This document shows, piece by piece, positions 56,391 to 61,760 of a DNA stretch of 61,760 nucleotides. The stretch's first letter is position 1. Each line of letters starts with the position of its first letter. The position numbers were made by a program, and so were the translations under genes. Source of the stretch: an uncultured Roseivirgaceae bacterium (GTDB lineage Bacteria; Bacteroidota; Bacteroidia; Cytophagales; Cyclobacteriaceae); the NCBI GenBank assembly GCA_964581095.1, contig CAZONK010000001.1, forward strand, positions 1,745-63,504. The letters run 5' to 3'. The notes under the pieces were generated by a model. That model was not told the origin of the DNA and searched no databases. It was given only the letters and a program-made list of their open reading frames with translations.

Positions 56391-58223
56391 ATGAATACAT
56401 ACTTCAGACTTCTTTCGTTCGGGAAACCCTGGGGCATTTACCTCCCTCAATATGCGACCTATTCGGTTTTATATGTGGTATTCAGCATTTTTAACCTGGC
56501 ATTGTTAATACCACTACTGAACGTTTTGTTTAACCAGGTGAATGTTGAAGCAATCACTGTTGCAGAACAACTCCCAGCTTTCAGCTTTGATGTTACTTAT
56601 TTCAAAAATTTATTTAATTACTTTTTCAATTCTATTATTATTGAGGATGGGAAAGTGGGTGCACTAATATATGTGTGCCTTATTATTGTTGCATCCAGCC
56701 TTTTTTCGAATTTTTTCAGATATCTGATATCCGTTGTACTGGCTTATTTCAGAACACGTGTAATTAAAAATTTACGAAGTGAGATATACAAAAACCTCAC
56801 AAGGCTACATCTTGGATACTTCACTGAAAAGAGAAAAGGGGATATCGTATCAAGGGTTACCAATGATGTCCAGCAAATAGAATTCACAATTGTAGATTCT
56901 GTAAAAGTATTATTGCAGGAACCCATCTTACTTATCGGGCAATTTGTCCTGCTTTTTACGATCAGTGCGAAACTAACTTTATATACGCTGCTGCTCATAC
57001 CGATTTCGGGATTACTTATAGGAGTGATTTCAAGACAATTGAAACAAAAAGCAGGTGAAGGTCAGGACACCATTGGAAGAATTACAAACCAGGTGGAAGA
57101 AACACTTGGAGGCGTTCGCCTGATAAAGGCATTTACTGCACGAAAATTTGTTATAGAACGATTTCAAAAAGAAATATCCAGCTACGCCCGGATTATGTTA
57201 TCGATTGCAAAAAGAACCGATCTGGCAAGCCCGTTTTCTGAATTTATGGGCATTTTAATTGTAACGGGTATATTGTTACTTGGGGGTATTGCTGTTCTGG
57301 ATAACGAGTCAACCATTACTGCCAGCCAGTTTATTACATTTATCATTGTCTTTGCAAGAATTCTTCAACCGGCGAAAGCTGTAGCCTCAGTATATTCTTT
57401 AGTCCAGCGCGGGTTAGCGTCGGGAGACAGAATTTTCGAAATTATTGATGCAAAGTCAAAAATAATTGATTATCCCGATGCTATTGAAGCCCCTTTTATA
57501 AAAGATTCCATTGAATTTCGAAATGTATCCTTTGCTTATGAATCTGAAAATGTACTTGAAAACATCGATATACGAATCCAGAAAGGCAACACCATTGCCC
57601 TTGTTGGCCCCTCAGGAGGTGGCAAATCTACCATTGCTGACCTGATACCACGCTTTTATGATCCTCAGGAAGGGAAAGTTTGCCTTGATGGAGTTGACAT
57701 TCGCAAATTTCAACTGGATTCGTTTAGAAAACAAATGGGGATTGTAACCCAGGAATCTATCATGTTTAATGACTCGATATTCAACAACATCGCTTTTGGA
57801 ATCGAAAATGCAAAGGAAGAAGACGTTATAAATGCTGCCAAAATAGCCAATGCGCATGATTTTATAATGGAAACATCCGATGGATATAAAACGATTGTGG
57901 GTGATCGGGGAACAAAATTATCAGGTGGCCAGCGCCAGCGTCTGAGCATTGCACGTGCGATAATGAAAAACCCCCCAATCCTCATACTTGATGAAGCCAC
58001 TTCGGCCCTGGATTCCGAATCTGAAAAACTTGTACAGGATGCGTTGACAAAATTGATGTCGAACAGGACTTCAATTGTAATTGCACACCGTCTTAGTACC
58101 ATTCAACATGCAGATGAAATTTTGGTGATAGATAAGGGGAAGTTAATTGAGAAAGGAACGCATGATGAATTAATGAGTGCCGGGGGTGTTTATAAAAAAT
58201 TAACACTGATTCAAAAAGCATAA
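56391..58223 (+). CDS. ABC exporter, fused permease/ATPase (MsbA-like)
   Basis: A six-TM domain is followed by an NBD with Walker A GPSGGGKST, the signature LSGGQRQR and Walker B ILILDEATSALD. Confidence 0.9.
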   Translation: MNTYFRLLSFGKPWGIYLPQYATYSVLYVVFSIFNLALLIPLLNVLFNQVNVEAITVAEQLPAFSFDVTYFKNLFNYFFNSIIIEDGKVGALIYVCLIIVASSLFSNFFRYLISVVLAYFRTRVIKNLRSEIYKNLTRLHLGYFTEKRKGDIVSRVTNDVQQIEFTIVDSVKVLLQEPILLIGQFVLLFTISAKLTLYTLLLIPISGLLIGVISRQLKQKAGEGQDTIGRITNQVEETLGGVRLIKAFTARKFVIERFQKEISSYARIMLSIAKRTDLASPFSEFMGILIVTGILLLGGIAVLDNESTITASQFITFIIVFARILQPAKAVASVYSLVQRGLASGDRIFEIIDAKSKIIDYPDAIEAPFIKDSIEFRNVSFAYESENVLENIDIRIQKGNTIALVGPSGGGKSTIADLIPRFYDPQEGKVCLDGVDIRKFQLDSFRKQMGIVTQESIMFNDSIFNNIAFGIENAKEEDVINAAKIANAHDFIMETSDGYKTIVGDRGTKLSGGQRQRLSIARAIMKNPPILILDEATSALDSESEKLVQDALTKLMSNRTSIVIAHRLSTIQHADEILVIDKGKLIEKGTHDELMSAGGVYKKLTLIQKA

Positions 58224-58285
58224 GCTAGAAATTGTTGCTTGATGAATGATTTATTTATATTTATGGCCGTCTTCTTTTAATTGAT

Positions 58286-58678
58286 ATGAAAAATCCTAGA
58301 AAAACATTATTCTATCTTTTCCTTGCTTATAACGCCCTACTTTTTGTTGGCTCAATGTACGTTGATTCAAAACAAGATGACCTGGGATTTCTTCTAAATT
58401 TCAAATCGTATATCCCATGGATGAAATACATCACATTTTCGGGGTTGATTCTTTTCCTGGTTTCCTACGTGGTTGTGAACCGCGAAATTCGGTTGATTGG
58501 AAGTGAAGTGAGAAAATCGAAAGATGAACACACAATGCTGAAAGCTAAATTATTTGATTTGCAGGAAGCCGGCAAATCAGTACCGGATGAAATACCACCT
58601 GTAGATGAGCTAAAAGAGGAGGAGGAAAAAAATCCTGATGAAGCAAAAGAAGATGATTCTACTACTCCTACTCCCTGA
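58286..58678 (+). CDS. Hypothetical membrane protein with acidic C-terminal tail
   Basis: 130 aa with two TM helices, a coiled-coil-like segment and a Glu/Asp-rich tail. Confidence 0.45.
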   Translation: MKNPRKTLFYLFLAYNALLFVGSMYVDSKQDDLGFLLNFKSYIPWMKYITFSGLILFLVSYVVVNREIRLIGSEVRKSKDEHTMLKAKLFDLQEAGKSVPDEIPPVDELKEEEEKNPDEAKEDDSTTPTP

Positions 58679-58689
58679 AAAAAATACGT

Positions 58690-59268
58690 ATGAATTCATC
58701 GAGGGTTATCATTGAAGAACTCGAGCAGGCTTCGCAAGTACTTTCAGCATTTTTAAATGACAATCAACAACTTGCAAACACCGGGCTAGCTGCAGAAACC
58801 ATAGCAAAAAGTTTCCAGAATGGTGGTAAAGTATTTTCATGTGGAAATGGAGGATCCCATTGCGATGCAATGCACTTCGCTGAAGAACTTACCGGGAAAT
58901 TCCGGGAAGAACGAAAACCGTTTCCTGCTATTGCTATCGCAGACTCAGGCTATATTACTTGTACTGCCAATGACTATGGGTTTGAATATGTGTTCTCAAG
59001 GTATCTGGAAGCCATTGGAAACCCCGGTGATGTTTTGCTTGCAATTAGCACAAGTGGGAATTCGATTAACGTAATCAATGCTGCTGCCACAGCACGCGAA
59101 AAAGGGATGAAGGTAATAGCCCTCACTGGAAACAATGGTGGAAAACTAAGTGAAATAGCAGATATTGAGATAAGGGTACAACATAATGGATATGCCGATC
59201 GTATTCAGGAAGTACATATCAAAATAATTCACATACTTATTCTTTTGACAGAAAAACACCTCGCGTAA
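58690..59268 (+). CDS. gmhA: SIS-domain protein, D-sedoheptulose-7-phosphate isomerase (GmhA/DiaA family)
   Basis: It has the [16 protein letters not shown] and AISTSGNS motifs. Confidence 0.75.
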   Translation: MNSSRVIIEELEQASQVLSAFLNDNQQLANTGLAAETIAKSFQNGGKVFSCGNGGSHCDAMHFAEELTGKFREERKPFPAIAIADSGYITCTANDYGFEYVFSRYLEAIGNPGDVLLAISTSGNSINVINAAATAREKGMKVIALTGNNGGKLSEIADIEIRVQHNGYADRIQEVHIKIIHILILLTEKHLA

Positions 59269-59269
59269 G

Positions 59270-60808
59270 ATGGTATCGAAGGCCTATGGATGTGCGGTTT
59301 TTGGGGTGGATGCTATTAAAATAACCATTGAAGTTAACGTTGGCCAGGGGAAAAAGTATTTCATGAGCGGGCTACCCGACAGCGCCGTTAAAGAAAGTGA
59401 ACACCGAATCGAGTCTTCCATAAAAAATACAGGCTTCGAGATGCCCAGGAATAAAGTGATTGTAAACCTCGCTCCGGCTGATATTCGAAAAGAAGGATCA
59501 GCGTACGACCTTCCCATTTGCCTTTCCATTTTGAAATCATCGGGGCAGATCCATTGTGAAGCTCTGGAAGATTACGTAATCATGGGAGAATTAGCTTTGG
59601 ATGGGATACTTCGGCCGGTCAAAGGTGTTCTTCCAATTGCCATTGAAGCAAGAAATCACAACTTTAAAGGAGTAATTCTACCACTGGAAAATGCAGAAGA
59701 GGCAGCAATTGTAAATAACCTGAACGTTTATGGTGTTCGTTCGCTCTCAGAAGCCATTGAATTTCTTGACGGTAATATTTCGTTGGACCCAATACAAAAG
59801 GATACGCGCGATATATTTATGCATGAACTCAATAACTATGATGCTGATTTCGCGGATGTACAAGGCCAGGAAAACATAAAAAGGTCATTGGAAATTGCCG
59901 CAGCCGGAGGTCATAATGTGATTATGATTGGCCCGCCCGGGGCCGGTAAAACCATGCTTGCCAAGCGACTTCCATCCATTCTTCCTCCCCTTTCCCTTCA
60001 GGAAGCATTAGAAACGACAAAAATTTACTCTGTTGCTGGATTGCTTGATGCAAAAGCATCGCTTGTTGCAAGGCGGCCCTACCGGTCACCCCATCATACA
60101 GTAAGTGATGTGGCTTTGGTTGGAGGAGGCGGATCGCCACAACCCGGGGAAATTTCCCTGTCGCATAACGGTGTATTGTTTCTTGATGAACTTCCTGAAT
60201 TCAAACGATCAGTCCTTGAGGTCATGCGCCAGCCGATGGAAGATCGTAGGGTAACTATTTCCAGGGCAAAAATATCAGTGGATTACCCCGCCAATTTCAT
60301 GCTGATCACCTCTATGAACCCTTGTCCATGCGGTTTCTACAACCATCCGGAAAAAGAATGTATTTGTGCACCGGGTATGGTTCAGCGTTACCTGTCAAAA
60401 ATCAGCGGGCCCTTGCTTGACCGGATTGATTTGCATGTGGAAGTCACCCCTGTCTCCTTCGACCAAATGACAGCATCGCGTAAAAATGAAACCAGCGCTG
60501 ACATCCGTGAACGTGTAATAAAAGCCCGCGATATTCAGTTGTCCCGGTTTAAAGGGAAACCTGAAATTTATTGCAATGCAATGATGCCTTCGAAAGTAAC
60601 GAAGGAACAATGTGAAATCAATACCGCAGGAAAGTCGCTCCTGAAAACAGCCATGGAAAAACTCGGCCTTTCCGCAAGGGCTTATGACCGCATCTTAAAA
60701 GTTTCCAGGACTATCGCTGACCTTGCTGGAAGTGATGATATCAAAGTAGAGCATCTGGCAGAAGCCATTCAGTACAGGAGTCTGGATAGGGAAGGCTGGG
60801 CAGGGTAA
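59270..60808 (+). CDS. yifB: YifB/ComM family Mg-chelatase-like AAA+ ATPase
   Basis: It has an N-terminal Lon-protease-like domain, Walker A GPPGAGKTM, Walker B LFLDELPEF and a C-terminal ChlI-like helix bundle. Confidence 0.9.
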   Translation: MVSKAYGCAVFGVDAIKITIEVNVGQGKKYFMSGLPDSAVKESEHRIESSIKNTGFEMPRNKVIVNLAPADIRKEGSAYDLPICLSILKSSGQIHCEALEDYVIMGELALDGILRPVKGVLPIAIEARNHNFKGVILPLENAEEAAIVNNLNVYGVRSLSEAIEFLDGNISLDPIQKDTRDIFMHELNNYDADFADVQGQENIKRSLEIAAAGGHNVIMIGPPGAGKTMLAKRLPSILPPLSLQEALETTKIYSVAGLLDAKASLVARRPYRSPHHTVSDVALVGGGGSPQPGEISLSHNGVLFLDELPEFKRSVLEVMRQPMEDRRVTISRAKISVDYPANFMLITSMNPCPCGFYNHPEKECICAPGMVQRYLSKISGPLLDRIDLHVEVTPVSFDQMTASRKNETSADIRERVIKARDIQLSRFKGKPEIYCNAMMPSKVTKEQCEINTAGKSLLKTAMEKLGLSARAYDRILKVSRTIADLAGSDDIKVEHLAEAIQYRSLDREGWAG

Positions 60809-60889
60809 CCTATTGTCGGTGAGATTATTTTTATTAGGCCTTGTTCTATAGCAGATTTTTACAGATCTCTGAAGATTTCAAATAATTTA

Positions 60890-61760
60890 TTATATTACTT
60901 TTAGATTCCAATTTATGGATTTAAGCCTTTCTTTAACTTTTTCAAGTGTTAATACCAAGTCACTCTCTTTCGGTAGTTCACCTGTTCCTAATTCCCGAAA
61001 AGTAGTTTGATAGGCAGTTTTAATTTTGTTCCAAGTTTCTTTGGGCTTATTATAAATCATGGCTGTTGCAGGATGTTCTGCCAACCATTTATTGTCATTT
61101 CTGTAGCTGACAACATCATCCTCGCCAACTTTGATTAGCATTTTATCAAATTCATCGCTTTTAAAGTAGTCATTTATTTCATCATTCTTCAACATTAAAT
61201 GAACATCGTAAACATGACGAATTTTATTAGAAAGGTTAATGATTGGCTCTTTTTGTCGTGAAAAACGGACCAAGCTCATTATTTTCTCACATAACGTCCT
61301 GTTTTTGTCTAATACCTGTACAACAAAAGGCTGCATATTATATTCCCCAATCACATCATCCTGTCCTTTTTCCTTCATCATATCTGTTACGTAACTACTA
61401 AGTTCGCAAGTACTGTATGGTTTAAAATTCCCAAGCCATGTAGCTTCTAAAATTATATGTTTTCTTACCTGACCAAAATCACCCTCAAAGAGTTTGTTGA
61501 ATTCATGTACAGTTTTTCTGATATTTCCCCTTTTGTTTGTTAGTCCTTCTATATTAACTTCTGGCATAATAGCTTCAACAATTTTACTTATTGCTTTAAT
61601 TTTATTTTTGAGTTGATTAGCAGATTCGTTTTCATTTCTGAGCACAACTATATCAATATCCTCTGAAAACCGTTCAATTAGTTTGTAACATTTAGACAGC
61701 GCTGTACCACCTTTAAATACTGCCTGGCTCGCCATGTCCGAATGAAATATTTCATATAAG
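60890..61760 (-). CDS. Nucleotidyltransferase toxin of the AbiEii/AbiGii family (type IV TA / abortive infection); 5' end outside window
   Basis: It has the motif FKGGTALSKCY...RFSEDIDIV. The frame stays open upstream of Met 61735 to the window edge (LYEIFHSD-M), so the true start is probably beyond 61760. Confidence 0.75.
   Translation of the reverse strand, partial: LYEIFHSDMASQAVFKGGTALSKCYKLIERFSEDIDIVVLRNENESANQLKNKIKAISKIVEAIMPEVNIEGLTNKRGNIRKTVHEFNKLFEGDFGQVRKHIILEATWLGNFKPYSTCELSSYVTDMMKEKGQDDVIGEYNMQPFVVQVLDKNRTLCEKIMSLVRFSRQKEPIINLSNKIRHVYDVHLMLKNDEINDYFKSDEFDKMLIKVGEDDVVSYRNDNKWLAEHPATAMIYNKPKETWNKIKTAYQTTFRELGTGELPKESDLVLTLEKVKERLKSINWNLKVI

Noticed and set aside
221-58102. There are many 60-170-aa ORFs in the six-frame track that lie antisense to or inside larger genes. 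Examples are 221..412, 2646..2996, 15328..15621, 23659..23919, 36297..36635, 37571..37804, 48030..48521, 48434..48826, 50004..50273, 55839..56342 and 57710..58102.
   Set aside because: Each is fully embedded in a long ORF that has clear family motifs on the other strand or frame. Their translations are low-complexity or Ser/Ile/Phe-rich, as expected for shadow frames in AT-rich DNA.

Overview
AT-rich chromosomal segment that looks like Bacteroidota. The hallmarks are a T9SS C-terminal sorting domain, a PadR-led FtsX permease array, WG-repeat and CarboxypepD_reg proteins, and recurrent TAnnTTTG -7 promoter boxes. Most of the roughly 55 protein genes are housekeeping: dnaE, holB, purF, murI, fabI, ispE, tgt, rsmG, rlmD, thiL, trxA, pruA, L31 type B, gmhA, yifB, an msbA-like ABC exporter and a beta-carbonic anhydrase/SulP pair. 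There are two tRNA genes, Lys-TTT and Pro with an unusual AGG anticodon. I saw no rRNA, CRISPR array, integrase or prophage. Accessory content comes in small islets. (1) padR plus two orphan FtsX permeases, followed by a DUF4143-type AAA ATPase, a relic of a third permease, and a vapBC pair with a clear operator. (2) A Y1/HUH (RAYT-like) transposase gene nested inside a tandem array of GC-rich ~146-bp repeats, with a second solitary paralog 24 kb away. (3) A second DUF4143 ATPase preceded by three phased 53-bp repeat units carrying six TACCATGTA half-sites. (4) A tail-fibre-like secreted repeat protein next to a T9SS-tagged protein. (5) A GIY-YIG ORF wedged between a decayed 5' copy of tRNA-Pro and the intact tRNA-Pro(AGG), bracketed by a 12-nt direct repeat and followed by a strongly structured element. 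(6) An AbiEii-type toxin gene that runs off the window end. The GIY-YIG/tRNA module and the RAYT-in-repeat nest are the most unusual structures. All calls rest on reading the sequence and ORF translations by eye; no searches were run.
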